Source of the DNA: Trueperaceae bacterium
GTDB taxonomy: Bacteria; Deinococcota; Deinococci; Deinococcales; Trueperaceae
Reading direction: 5' to 3'
Assembly (NCBI GenBank): GCA_965214405.1
Contig: OZ243956.1
Location: 2,336,001-2,400,000 of the forward strand
Length of the DNA stretch: 64,000 nt
Each line of letters starts with the position of its first letter. The stretch's first letter is position 1. The notes under the pieces are model-generated. The model was not told the DNA's origin, searched no databases, and worked only from the letters and a program-made list of their open reading frames with translations. Of the stretch, positions 8,776 to 18,925 are shown piece by piece. The position numbers and the translations under genes are program-made.

Positions 8776-10650
8776 CTAACGTTTCTTTCTGGCGAGACTC
8801 GGCGGCATCCGCATCCGCCTTTCGGCGTCGCGCGCGGCCAGCATCGCGTTGATTTCGCGCAGTTCGGCGTAGTAGTGCCCGAGCTTTTCGGGCGGCAGGT
8901 TCGGGTCGGTGAGGTAGCCGCTCACCTCCTGCATTCTTTCTAAGAGGTGCTTGCGCTGACTCTCCTTTTCGCCGTCCAGATAGAGTTCGCGGAGGCGTGA
9001 GAGCGACTTCTGGATGTGCCCCTCGACGTCGATTTTGCGCCCGAACTCCTCCTCAGACGCCTCTTCTTGCGAGAAAAGGCGCTCGAAAAGGATGCGACCC
9101 TCGTCGCGCTCGCGGTAGCGCAAGAGAATCGCGCGGTCGTCAAAATCGCATTCTTCGCAAATCGCGTGAAACTCGCGGAGCAGGGAGTCGTGTGCGTCTA
9201 CGGGAGGCAACGCGGCCTCGAGCAAAAATAAGCGTTCGCGGAGCCTAGCGGGCTCGAGCAAAAGAAGCGCAACCACCTCCAACTCAATGACCGCGACCTG
9301 CGAACTTCCCCCCCGTGCGCGCTGCATCCCCTTGACTTGGGTGGTGTCCAAGCGGCGCGTGCGCTTGCTGCTCACCCAGTCGTCCAAGCGCGCGCCGTCA
9401 ATTTTTAAGTGGTCGATAACCAAACGGCGCATTTCAGACGCCACCGGGTCGAACACGTCGCGGGGCCTCAATGCGGGCAGGAGTTCTTGCAACACGGCTT
9501 TTTTGCCCTCGAGCCCGCTCACATCAAACTTACCCTTCACCGTCTTAAAGCGAAACTCGACCTCGGACAAGCCTTCGCCCAGCGCCCGCCGAAAATCTTC
9601 AATGTGACCGCCCAGCACCGCGTCGGCGGGGTCTTTGCCGTGGGGCACCCGCACCGCCTTGACCAGAAACTGACGGCCCACGGACTGCTCCAAGCCCGAC
9701 AAAACCGCCCGCCCCCCCGCCTCGTCGGCGTCAAACGCGAGGTAGAGCCGCCCCACGTCGAGGCGGCTGAGTTCCCCCGCCTGCTCGCTCGTCAGGGTTG
9801 CGCCGAGCGCGGCCACGGCGTTCTCGAAACCCGTCTGGTGGAGCGCAATCACATCCATATAACCTTCAACGACGATGCACTCGTGCGAGGCGCGAATGGC
9901 CGCTTTAGCGCGGTCCAAGCCGTACAGGAGTTCGGTTTTGTGAAACACGTCGGTCTCGGGCGTGTTCATGTATTTGGGCATCGCGTCGTCCAAGACGCGG
10001 CCCGAAAAGCCGACCACGCGGCCCAGATAGTCCTTGATGGGAAACATCACCCGGTGGCGGAAGCGGTCGTAGCGCCGCCCCGAGTCGGCCTCGGCGATGA
10101 GGCCCGCGTCCAGGAGGTCTTGGTCCGATATCCCTTTGTGGAGCGCGTGCTTGAGCAGGCCGTCCCAGCTCTCGGGGGCGTAGCCTAAATCAAAGGCTTC
10201 GATACTCCCCAACGTCAACCCACGCCCCAAAAGGTAGTTCTGCGCCAGCCAATCTCGAGCCGACAGGTGCGACTTGAAATACTCCAAGGCCAACTCGTTT
10301 ACGTCGTAAAGGTCGCGCCGCTTATTGCTTTGGGGGCTCGCCGGGGTAACCTCGACGCCCGCTCGGTGGCCCAGCGTTTGCAACGCCTCGAAGAAGTCCA
10401 CCCCCTGCTCGCGCATCACGAAGTCGAACACGTCGCCCTTGGCCCCGCAGCCGAAGCAGTAGAAAAAGCCGCGCTCCTGATGCACGTGAAACGACGGCGT
10501 CTTCTCGCCGTGGAACGGGCAGAGCCCCTTGTACTGGTCGCGCCCCGCCGGTTTGAGCGCCACCGTCTCGCCGACAATCTCGACGATGTCGAGACGTTGG
10601 CGGATGCGCTCTTTGGCGTCGTTGGACGCATGTGACGCAGCGTTGGGCAT
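8776..10650 (-). CDS. dnaG: DNA primase
   Basis: CPFH..KTPSF...CFGC zinc finger, RFR.RVMFPI, KYMNTPET, VEGYMDV, DADEAG TOPRIM. Confidence 0.97.
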   Translation of the reverse strand: MPNAASHASNDAKERIRQRLDIVEIVGETVALKPAGRDQYKGLCPFHGEKTPSFHVHQERGFFYCFGCGAKGDVFDFVMREQGVDFFEALQTLGHRAGVEVTPASPQSNKRRDLYDVNELALEYFKSHLSARDWLAQNYLLGRGLTLGSIEAFDLGYAPESWDGLLKHALHKGISDQDLLDAGLIAEADSGRRYDRFRHRVMFPIKDYLGRVVGFSGRVLDDAMPKYMNTPETDVFHKTELLYGLDRAKAAIRASHECIVVEGYMDVIALHQTGFENAVAALGATLTSEQAGELSRLDVGRLYLAFDADEAGGRAVLSGLEQSVGRQFLVKAVRVPHGKDPADAVLGGHIEDFRRALGEGLSEVEFRFKTVKGKFDVSGLEGKKAVLQELLPALRPRDVFDPVASEMRRLVIDHLKIDGARLDDWVSSKRTRRLDTTQVKGMQRARGGSSQVAVIELEVVALLLLEPARLRERLFLLEAALPPVDAHDSLLREFHAICEECDFDDRAILLRYRERDEGRILFERLFSQEEASEEEFGRKIDVEGHIQKSLSRLRELYLDGEKESQRKHLLERMQEVSGYLTDPNLPPEKLGHYYAELREINAMLAARDAERRMRMPPSLARKKR

Positions 10651-10898
10651 GGGCGGCTCCAGAGGAGAACGTGGGGTGCTTCTTGAGAGAGTGAGAAAAC
10701 GGACGCGCGATTCGGGTCAGGCTAGGGTCATGCAAGTATTAAGTTTTACAGTTTAGCATATGGGCGTTTTTGGAGGAGGGCTCGAGACGTCCTAAAAGAG
10801 CTCCCGTAAAAACACACGTCTAAAGAACCGGGAGAAAACCCATCCCCGTCGCCCCTTCTCCTTGACTGCCCATGTTAACGCTGTGTACTTTTCGGGTT

Positions 10899-11441
10899 CT
10901 AGGCTTCCGCCTCGTGCGGGTAGAGCGGCAGGTGCCCCAACGAAATCACGTCCTCGCGCTCATCACCCTCGGTGAGAACGGCCAAGGTGGCGACGACCTC
11001 GCCGCCAATCTCGACTAGCAGTTCCGACAGGCTGCGCAAGGTGCCGCCCGTACTCACCACGTCGTCGATGATGGCGACGCGCTTGCCCCTAATCCTGTCA
11101 ATGTTCGCGCCGTCGATGACCAGCATTTGCGGCTTCCCCGTGGTGATGGAATGCACGGTTGTGGACACGGCGTCCACCATGTAGGGCTTCTCAGACTTGC
11201 GCGCGACCACGTAAGGAATCCCGGTACGCACGCTCATCGCGTGGGCCAGAGGCACCGCCTTGACTTCAGGTGTCACCAAAACATCCACGCCGTCCGGCAT
11301 CTTACGAGAAAGCGCCTCGGCGGCGGCCTCGGTGAGTGGAGCGTCGCCCAAGAGGTTGAGGAGCGCCACGGACACCGCGCCCACGCTGACGACGGGCAGG
11401 TCGCGCTGTTCAGAGCCGATTTGAATCGCGTGCGTTTTCAT
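10899..11441 (-). CDS. Type I phosphoribosyltransferase (adenine PRT-like)
   Basis: [17 protein letters not shown]-binding loop. Confidence 0.85.
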   Translation of the reverse strand: MKTHAIQIGSEQRDLPVVSVGAVSVALLNLLGDAPLTEAAAEALSRKMPDGVDVLVTPEVKAVPLAHAMSVRTGIPYVVARKSEKPYMVDAVSTTVHSITTGKPQMLVIDGANIDRIRGKRVAIIDDVVSTGGTLRSLSELLVEIGGEVVATLAVLTEGDEREDVISLGHLPLYPHEAEA

Positions 11442-11561
11442 TAGCTTCTCCCAACCGTGCTCAGTTTGGCAGGTTTCTTGAATGGGTGGCTTGGTGAGGG
11501 CTCGAGTCGGCCCACTCTACCAAACTGCTTCTTTGAACGTTACTTTTCTGGAGCCGGAATC

Positions 11562-12440
11562 CTAAAATACGACTGTCTTGTTGCCGAACACGAGCACCCG
11601 GTCTTCTAAATGCGCCGCCACCGCGCGAGCCAACACCGCCCGCTCGACCTCCCGCCCCACCCGCACCAAGTCGCTCACGTTGTGGCGGTGCGACACGCGC
11701 CGCACGTCCTGCTCGATGATGGGGCCTTGGTCCAGGCTCTCCGTCACGTAATGCGCCGTCGCGCCGATGAGCTTGACGCCGCGCTCGTACGCGTGCTTGT
11801 AGGGGTTCGCGCCCACAAAGGCGGGCAAGAACGAGTGATGGATGTTGATGATGCGCTTCTCATAGCGGTCCACAAAGGTGCTCGTAAGAATCTGCATGTA
11901 ACGCGCGAGCACGACCACGTCCACTTGACCCTCGAGAAGCTCCAACACCCCCGCCTCCTGCGCCTCTTTGGTCTCCTTGGTTACAGGAAAACAGTAAAAG
12001 GGCAGGCCGAAGCCCTCAGTCAGCTCACGCAAATCCTCATGGTTAGAAACCACAAAGGGAATCTCAACGTCGTACTCGCCGCTGCGCGCGCGCCAGAGAA
12101 GTTCTAAAAGGCAGTGGTCGTACTTAGACACCATAATCGCCATGCGCTTGACCCGGTCGGCGTAGGCGACGCGCCAGTCCATCCCGAAGGGCTTGGCGAC
12201 GACCTCGGCAAAGGCGCGCTCGAGCCCCGCCCGGCTCACGTCTAAGCCGTCAATCCGGAACACCATCCGCATAAAAAAGGTGCCGCCCGAGGGGTCGGTG
12301 GAGTGCTGCGAGGAGTCGAGCACGTTGGCCCCGTGGGTGTAGAGAAACTGTGACACCGCCGCGACGATGCCGGGGCGGTCGGGGCAGGAGATGAGCAGGC
12401 GGGCGGTGTTGGCGTCGCGGGAGGGGGTAGGGGAAGGCAT
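11562..12440 (-). CDS. purU: Formyltetrahydrofolate deformylase
   Basis: [12 protein letters not shown] domain, [38 protein letters not shown]. Confidence 0.97.
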   Translation of the reverse strand: MPSPTPSRDANTARLLISCPDRPGIVAAVSQFLYTHGANVLDSSQHSTDPSGGTFFMRMVFRIDGLDVSRAGLERAFAEVVAKPFGMDWRVAYADRVKRMAIMVSKYDHCLLELLWRARSGEYDVEIPFVVSNHEDLRELTEGFGLPFYCFPVTKETKEAQEAGVLELLEGQVDVVVLARYMQILTSTFVDRYEKRIINIHHSFLPAFVGANPYKHAYERGVKLIGATAHYVTESLDQGPIIEQDVRRVSHRHNVSDLVRVGREVERAVLARAVAAHLEDRVLVFGNKTVVF

Positions 12441-12506
12441 GGGGGAGTAGCATAACGCAAGTAAAGTGGAGAGTGGTTAGTGGTGAACGAAAATGAGGAT
12501 GTCCGC

Positions 12507-13102
12507 CTATGCCCCCTGCGGCGCGGGCTCGAGTACAGAAACAAGACCAAGAGCGGCAGCACGACGAGGCACAGCCCTAAGCCGAGCAGCAGCGAGGTCT
12601 GCCGCCAGCCCAGCCAATTGATAAGGAGCAGGCTGCTCGGCACCAAGACGAGCAGCCCGGTAGCCGCCCCGGTCTCGATGAGGCCGAACGCCAGCCTGCG
12701 CTTGGCCCTGAACCACCGCGTGATCGCCACTGACGCCACCACGGGCGAGGTGGCGCTAAAGCCCAAGGTCGCCAAAACGCCGTAAAGCGCCAGCAACTGC
12801 CACGCGTGTTGAGCAAAGAAAGTCAGGAGGATGCTAGCGCCCACCAGCAGGACGCCGACGAGGAGCAGCCGCTTTGCGCCCCAGGTGTCGGCGAGTCGCC
12901 CGACCAGCGGCTGCGTCAAGCCGTAGAGGAGAAAGGAGACGAACGAGATGAAGGTCACCGCGCCGCGGCTCACGCCGAAGTCGTTCTCCCAGGGCGTCAC
13001 GAACGCCCCGAACGAGAAGCGCACCCCCTGGGCGGCGAGGAGGGTGACGAAGCACAAGGCTAAGACGACCCAGGCGTAGTGAGGGAGCTTGAGGCGGCCC
13101 AT
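12507..13102 (-). pseudogene. MFS transporter with only the N-terminal 6-TM half; internal deletion/frameshift near 12528
   Basis: GRLADTWGAKR motif A and about 6 TM segments, then non-MFS sequence running into purU. Confidence 0.75.
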
Positions 13103-13104
13103 AG

Positions 13105-13512
13105 CTAGCCGTGGAGCGAGAGCCCTTTGACGAGCTTGTCCGCCACCTTGCGCTCGGCGCGGAAGGCTAGACCTACCAGCTTTAAGTCTGCGCTTTTGAC
13201 CGCCTTGACGGCGGCGCGGTTGGCCTCGTCGTGAGGCGTGCTGAACAGCTCTTCGGTGTAGAGGGCGAAGTCAACCTCGCGGCTGCGCGCCCGTTCATAA
13301 ACGGTGCGCAGCTTCTCAGCAGAAGCCTCGTACACCATGACGGGCTGGACGATCATGGGCAGGTAGCGCGCCCCGTCCGCGTCTTCAAAGGGCTTGCCGA
13401 GAATGTCGTAGCTGCCTGCGATACCGCTGGTAGTAAAGGCGGTGACGTTGAGCTTCTGCCAGACGGCTAGGTCGTCCCGGACGACGACGGCGATCTTCGT
13501 ATCAAAGGTCAT
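13105..13512 (-). CDS. DUF2000 family protein (currently fused in frame to the upstream AraC)
   Basis: MTFDTKIAVVVRDDLAVWQKLNVTAF...KGLSLH signature. Confidence 0.8.
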   Translation of the reverse strand: MTFDTKIAVVVRDDLAVWQKLNVTAFTTSGIAGSYDILGKPFEDADGARYLPMIVQPVMVYEASAEKLRTVYERARSREVDFALYTEELFSTPHDEANRAAVKAVKSADLKLVGLAFRAERKVADKLVKGLSLHG

Positions 13513-14358
13513 CCACCCAGCTTGACGGCCCCGTTTCTGCCCGTCTTGGAAGATAGTGACTTCCGGCGTAGCGCCCTTCATCACGCGCTTAAAGTGCAAA
13601 TTGAGGTGGCTCTGGTCGCAAAAGCCCACCTCGAGCGCCGTCTGGGCAGGGCTCACACCTGTCCGCAACAACCGCTTGGCGTGCTCGACGCGCCGCTGAA
13701 TGAGATACGTGTAAGGCGGAATGCCTACCGCACGTTTGAAGGTGCGGATGAGATAGGCGCGGTTCAGACTCACCAGATTCGCCAACTCGTCAAGCGACAC
13801 GTTGGTCCTAAAGTGGGCGTCAAGGTAATCCCGCACCTCTTTGACCGCCTGGGGTTCATACCCTTTAGGGCGAGGACCGACGAGCAAGGGGGTGTGCTGG
13901 GTCAGCAGCGCGCTGAAAGCTTCTGTCACGGCACTTTCGCGCTCCAAGGCGCTTTCGGAGTGCTCGAGCAGACGGTGCAACGCCCTCAGGTGCTCGGCTG
14001 TTTGCGGCGCGTAGAACGACGAAGTCTTGAAGTAGGGCGCGCCGCGCAAGCCAACGTCTCGCGCTAGCTCATCTAGTGCTTCCTCGCTCGGGTAAAAGGT
14101 GCGGTGGCTAATGAGCACATCCTCGGGCGCGTAGCCGCTGTGAACGTCTCCAGGATTAAAGGTATAGACGCTATTTTGAGGAAGGTAGCGGGTTTCACCG
14201 CGGCTTTGATTGACCACCACGCCGGTGTCCACCACGCCGACAGTAAATGTGTTGTGCATGTGTCTGGGATAAGCTGGGTCGAGGAAGTTAGAGCGTAGCA
14301 TCTCCATACCGCTCAGCTCGCGGGCGAACCAGAAGGCGGTTTGTCCAGGCTGCGGCAT
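13500..14358 (-). CDS. AraC family transcriptional regulator with a C-terminal frameshift
   Basis: YPRHMH cupin domain; SLDELA..V.LNRAYLIRTFKRAVGIPP and VGFCDQSHL HTH; TAAACT box 7 nt before the ATG at 14358. Confidence 0.85.
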
Positions 14359-14463
14359 ATGTAACAGTTTAGCGCAAAAAGTGGCAGAACTTTGGGTCGC
14401 TCTCCGGGCCGTAGGTTTAGTAGGGGTGCGAAACAGCGTGTTGCCGATGATGTAGACTCGCCT

Positions 14464-15369
14464 ATGGCACACACAACGTTTAGCGGCATCATCCCCCCGG
14501 TTCCTACGCCTTTTACCAAGGCGGGCGAACTTGACTTAGACGCGCTTCAAAAGCTTATAGGAGCGCTCGAGCCCTTCGTAAACGGCTTTGTCATCCTGGG
14601 CTCGAACGGTGAGGCAGCCTTCTTGAGCGAGGAGGAGCGGCGGCGGGTGCTGGAAAGTGCTCGAGAGGTCATCCCTAAAAACAAAGTCATGCTCGCAGGG
14701 ACGGGCGGCGAGGCGACGCGGTTGGTAGCGGCGCGTAACGAAGAGGCCGCCGCGGTGGGCGCGGACGCGGCGCTCGTGCTGCCGCCCCACTATTACAAGG
14801 GCGGGATGACGGACGGGGTGCTCGAGCAACACTACGTCACGCTGGCCGATAAGAGCCCTCTGCCCCTCATGCTCTACAACATCCCCGCTGCGACAACGCT
14901 GAGCCTTTCGCCCGCGCTCGTCGGGACGCTCTCTCAGCACGAACAAATCGTGGGGCTCAAGGACTCGAGCGGCAACATCATGGCCCTCACTGAAATCATG
15001 CGCCGCGTGCCCGAAGACTTTACCGTCTTGACCGGCAACGCGCCCACCTTTGTGCCCGCGCTTTCTCTGGGTGCCAAGGGCGGCATTTTGGCGGTGGCGA
15101 ACGTGGCGGCGCGGGCGTATCGGGGGATGCTCGAGAGCTTCTTACAAGGCGATTTAGAGGCGGCGCGGCGTGCGCAACTGCGTTACAACCCGCTCGCGCT
15201 GGCCGTGACCGCACAATACGGCGTGCCGGGGCTCAAGGCCGCGCTACGGGCGCAGGGGCTTTCGGCGGGTTATCCAAGAGCGCCTTTGCAAGATGTGGGC
15301 CGGGAGGCGCAGGAGAACATTAAGAGCCTATTATCTGCACAAGAAGACTTTTATGAGCGAGTTGGATGA
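14464..15369 (+). CDS. DapA/NAL family aldolase
   Basis: PTPF, GSNGE, LYNIP, GLKDSSG; leaderless TAGACT before the ATG at 14464. Confidence 0.88.
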   Translation: MAHTTFSGIIPPVPTPFTKAGELDLDALQKLIGALEPFVNGFVILGSNGEAAFLSEEERRRVLESAREVIPKNKVMLAGTGGEATRLVAARNEEAAAVGADAALVLPPHYYKGGMTDGVLEQHYVTLADKSPLPLMLYNIPAATTLSLSPALVGTLSQHEQIVGLKDSSGNIMALTEIMRRVPEDFTVLTGNAPTFVPALSLGAKGGILAVANVAARAYRGMLESFLQGDLEAARRAQLRYNPLALAVTAQYGVPGLKAALRAQGLSAGYPRAPLQDVGREAQENIKSLLSAQEDFYERVG

Positions 15370-15955
15370 GCTTATTCGGAATTTTAACCTCAGCGCACTA
15401 GCTGTTATCGGCTCGAGGGCTCGAGGCGATAACGGAGACTTTTCGGACTTAGACCTCATTGGCGTGGGAGAACAGCAGGCGTTTCATAAGCTTACACACT
15501 TACAGCACGACACCGAGCTTCATATCTGCACCCATCCCGCCTTTTATGAACAAAAACCCGGCTGGTGGTACGCGCTCGAGGATATGAAAATCGTTTTGGA
15601 TGACGGCTCTTTTGCTAAGTTGCTCGAGCTTTTGCCCGTGTGGCGTTCTGAGTACAAATCCGACGCTTCGGATATCGAGAGGAATCGCTACTGGCTCGAG
15701 TCCTCGAGGCGCAAGCTGAAAAACAGCCACACCGAGCTGAGGATAAGCTACGAAATCGCCACAGCTTTTTGGCAAATCCTGTCGGGTTCTTTTCTCGTTC
15801 GTGACATGCCCGTACCCGCGAACTCGGACATGCTCAGGCTTGCTCCTCAGGTTATCGGTGATGCCCGGTTCAACGATTTATTGGTGGGTGACTGTCTGAG
15901 AAGAAAAGCGGTTGCTTTGGAAATAATTGACGAGGTAACTCTCGCGTCCAAGTGA
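15353..15955 (+). CDS. Nucleotidyltransferase (Pol-beta superfamily) domain protein
   Basis: IGSRARGD...SDLDL motif. Confidence 0.7.
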   Translation: MSELDELIRNFNLSALAVIGSRARGDNGDFSDLDLIGVGEQQAFHKLTHLQHDTELHICTHPAFYEQKPGWWYALEDMKIVLDDGSFAKLLELLPVWRSEYKSDASDIERNRYWLESSRRKLKNSHTELRISYEIATAFWQILSGSFLVRDMPVPANSDMLRLAPQVIGDARFNDLLVGDCLRRKAVALEIIDEVTLASK

Positions 15956-15976
15956 ACACGGTAAGGTAGAACCTCC

Positions 15977-16741
15977 ATGCGCGTCATCAGCCTCAACCTC
16001 AACGGCGTCCGCGCCGCGTTCCGCAAGGGCCTGCCCGAATTTTTAGAGGCGCGCGACCCGGACGTGCTCTGCGTCCAGGAACTCAAGGCGCACGAGGCGG
16101 TGATTCCGGCGCTGCCGGGATTTGCTCACGCCCACTGGCACCCCGCCGAGCGGCGCGGGTACAGCGGCGTCGGCATCTTGTCCAAAAGAAAGCCTGACAG
16201 TGTGGTGGTAGGCATAGGCTGTGAGGTTTACGACCTCGAGGGCCGCGTCATCCGCACCGATTTTGAGAATCTGAGCGTGCTGAGCGTTTACGTGCCGTCG
16301 GGCTCGAGCCAGCCCGAGCGCCAAACTTTCAAGATGCAGTTTTTAGAGCATCTTAAAGAGCACGTTGCAGGACTTCTTGCCCAAAAACGGAGTCTCCTCC
16401 TTTGCGGCGACCTCAACATCGCGCACCGTGAGATTGACCTGACCAACTGGCGCGCGAATCAGAAGACGAGCGGCTTCTTGCCCGAAGAGCGGGCGTGGTT
16501 TGACGCTTTTTTAGAACTTGGCTTGGTGGACGCTTACCGCGAACTCGTCGGGCTGGACACGCCTGTTTATTCATGGTGGTCGTTGCGGACGGGGGCGCGC
16601 TCTCGCAACGTGGGCTGGCGGCTCGACTATCAACTGGCGACGCCGGACGTGGCCGCTAGGGCGTACCGGGGAAGTGTCCCGCGCGAGCCGGTCTTGTCGG
16701 ACCACGCGCCGGTGGAACTCGAGTACAACCTAAACTTTTAG
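15977..16741 (+). CDS. xth: Exodeoxyribonuclease III / AP endonuclease
   Basis: NLNGVRA, CVQELK, GYSGV, YVPSG, GDLNIAH, GWRLDY, SDHAP. Confidence 0.95.
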   Translation: MRVISLNLNGVRAAFRKGLPEFLEARDPDVLCVQELKAHEAVIPALPGFAHAHWHPAERRGYSGVGILSKRKPDSVVVGIGCEVYDLEGRVIRTDFENLSVLSVYVPSGSSQPERQTFKMQFLEHLKEHVAGLLAQKRSLLLCGDLNIAHREIDLTNWRANQKTSGFLPEERAWFDAFLELGLVDAYRELVGLDTPVYSWWSLRTGARSRNVGWRLDYQLATPDVAARAYRGSVPREPVLSDHAPVELEYNLNF

Positions 16742-16837
16742 AAAAACCCTTGGGGAAATTTTTATAGTTCAAAGCTCCGGCAATACGTTACAAAGAGGGC
16801 GCGCGTCAAACGGTAGAGTGCCCCACGTGATTCCGCT

Positions 16838-18469
16838 GTGATTCCCTCTCTTTTGCGCCCCCACCTCCCCATGTTCAGCCGCGTCTGGCGCCTCGCCTTT
16901 CCGGTCATTCTGGCTAACCTGATGCAGAGCTTCGTCAACATCGTGGACGTGTTTATGGCGGGGCGCTTAGGACCCATCGAAATTGCCGCCGTCGGTATGG
17001 GCAATACGGTGCGGATGCTCGTGCTGGTCGCGGTTTTGTCGGTTACCGCAGGCTCGATGACGCTGGCCGCGCAGGCCAAGGGGGCGCGGGATCCGACAAG
17101 ACTTTCGTTTGTTACACGTCAGTCGCTTTCACTCACGGTGCTCTTGGCGCTCGTGTTGAGCATTATCGGCTGGTTTACCGCGGAGCCGCTGCTCGGCTTT
17201 CTCAACTCCGACGGGGACCCAAGGGCGGTGGCGCTGGGAACGACCTACTTGCAAATCCTTTTTGTGGGCACGATTTTTCTGGTCGGCAACTTCTCTATCA
17301 ACTCGCTCATGCAGGGCGCGGGCGACACGGTCACGCCGCTCTACTTGAGCGGCGGTATCAACGTCCTCAACATCCTGTTCAACTACCTCTTCATGTTTGG
17401 CCCCGGCCCGCTGCCTGAGTTCGGCGTGGCGGGCGCGGCGATGGGGACGGTTTTTGCGCGGGCCATCGGCGTGGGGGCGGGGCTCATGATTTTTTACAGC
17501 GGCAAAAACGTGATTCGGCTCCTCCCCGGCTCCTATCTGCCTGACTGGCGGATGTTTGGCGACATCTTAGCCATCGGCGTGCCGTCGGGTTTGCAGGGCG
17601 TGGTGCGCAACAGCGCGCAGCTTCTCGTCTTGCGCATCATCACCTCCACCGCGGCGGGCACCTACGGCGCGGCGGCGTTGGCGATTGGTTTGCAGATTGA
17701 GTCGTTGGCGTTTATGCCGGGGCTCGCCGTCAGCGTGGCGGCGACGAGTCTGGTGGGGCAGGCGCTCGGGGCGTGGCAGGTCGAGGAGGCGCGGGCGGAG
17801 GGCAACGTCGCGCTCGCGCTGGGCGTGGTGACGATGACGACGCTCGCGGTGCCTCTTTTTGTGTTCGCCCCCGCGCTCGTCAGACTTTTCGAGCCGAGCG
17901 CGCACCCGACGGTTATCAGCGCGGGCACGTCGTATATCCGTATCAACATGCTCGCGCAGCCCATTTTGGCTTTTGCGATGGTGCTTAACGGCGCGTTGCG
18001 CGGCGCGGGTAATACTCGGCCCGGTCTCGTCGGGACGGTGCTGGGGCGCTGGATTGTGGCGGTTCCTCTCGCGTACGTGCTGGCGCTTCCGTTGAACGTC
18101 GGCGTGGCGGGGGTCTGGTGGGCGCTTTTTGCGGGTACGACGGTTCAGGCGCTCTACGTTTGGGTGAGGTGGCGGCGCGGGCGCTGGGTGGGGGTAGCGC
18201 TGCACAAGACGCCCCTCTACCGCCGCCACCTGCGGGGGTTGCCCGAAGCGGTGCAGGCGCGATTTTTGGAAACCGTCCGCACCCCGCTGATGGCCCTCGA
18301 GGACGCCACCGAACACCTCACCCCCGAGGGCGTCGTCTACACCACGCCGGACAAAACCTACCGGGTTACGTTCGTGGAGGATGATTTCACGGTGTCGGCT
18401 TCACCACAAAAGGTGACGCGTCCGGCGCTCGAGCCCACCCCCCAAACCGCGCTCGCTTACGGCGACTGA
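16838..18469 (+). CDS. MATE family efflux transporter
   Basis: About 12 TM segments, GAGDT..P, GVAGAAMGT, GALRGAG; start may be the ATG at 16871. Confidence 0.9.
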   Translation: MIPSLLRPHLPMFSRVWRLAFPVILANLMQSFVNIVDVFMAGRLGPIEIAAVGMGNTVRMLVLVAVLSVTAGSMTLAAQAKGARDPTRLSFVTRQSLSLTVLLALVLSIIGWFTAEPLLGFLNSDGDPRAVALGTTYLQILFVGTIFLVGNFSINSLMQGAGDTVTPLYLSGGINVLNILFNYLFMFGPGPLPEFGVAGAAMGTVFARAIGVGAGLMIFYSGKNVIRLLPGSYLPDWRMFGDILAIGVPSGLQGVVRNSAQLLVLRIITSTAAGTYGAAALAIGLQIESLAFMPGLAVSVAATSLVGQALGAWQVEEARAEGNVALALGVVTMTTLAVPLFVFAPALVRLFEPSAHPTVISAGTSYIRINMLAQPILAFAMVLNGALRGAGNTRPGLVGTVLGRWIVAVPLAYVLALPLNVGVAGVWWALFAGTTVQALYVWVRWRRGRWVGVALHKTPLYRRHLRGLPEAVQARFLETVRTPLMALEDATEHLTPEGVVYTTPDKTYRVTFVEDDFTVSASPQKVTRPALEPTPQTALAYGD

Positions 18470-18481
18470 GATGGGGCTAAC

Positions 18482-18922
18482 TTAACGCGCTTCTATTCGC
18501 AACCTCTCCAAAGCCTCCCGCACCCCCGCCGGAATGGCCGTGGGTCGCCCCACCGCGCGCTCGACAAACACATGCACGAAGTAGCCCGCCGCCGCCGCGT
18601 GGGGTTCATCCTTTTTGAAAATGGCGAGTTCGTAGCGGACGCTCGAGCGGCCTAAGTGCCCCACTCGCAAGCCAATCTCTAAGCTATCGGGAAAGGCGAC
18701 CGGACTGATAAACCGGCACTGCGTCTCCACCGCGTAGGCGATGACGGGACTCTTGACGATGTCGAGCCCGCCTTGGGCGACCAAATAGCGGTTGATGGCT
18801 GTGTCGAAAAAAGAGTAGTAGAGCGCGTTATTGACGTGCCCATACATATCGTTGTCCAGCCAGCGGGTCGGCAGGGGCGCGAAATGCGGGTACGCGTCGC
18901 GGGTGATGGGAGGTTGTGGCAC
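18482..18922 (-). CDS. Acyl-CoA thioesterase (hotdog, 4HBT-like)
   Basis: [27 protein letters not shown]. Confidence 0.88.
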   Translation of the reverse strand: MPQPPITRDAYPHFAPLPTRWLDNDMYGHVNNALYYSFFDTAINRYLVAQGGLDIVKSPVIAYAVETQCRFISPVAFPDSLEIGLRVGHLGRSSVRYELAIFKKDEPHAAAAGYFVHVFVERAVGRPTAIPAGVREALERLRIEAR

Positions 18923-18925
18923 GGC

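Noticed and set aside
13105..14472. 455-aa AraC-DUF2000 as a genuine novel fusion protein
   Set aside because: The native AraC tail is visible in the -1 frame, so a small deletion explains it better; the N-terminal extension beyond 14358 is also unlikely.
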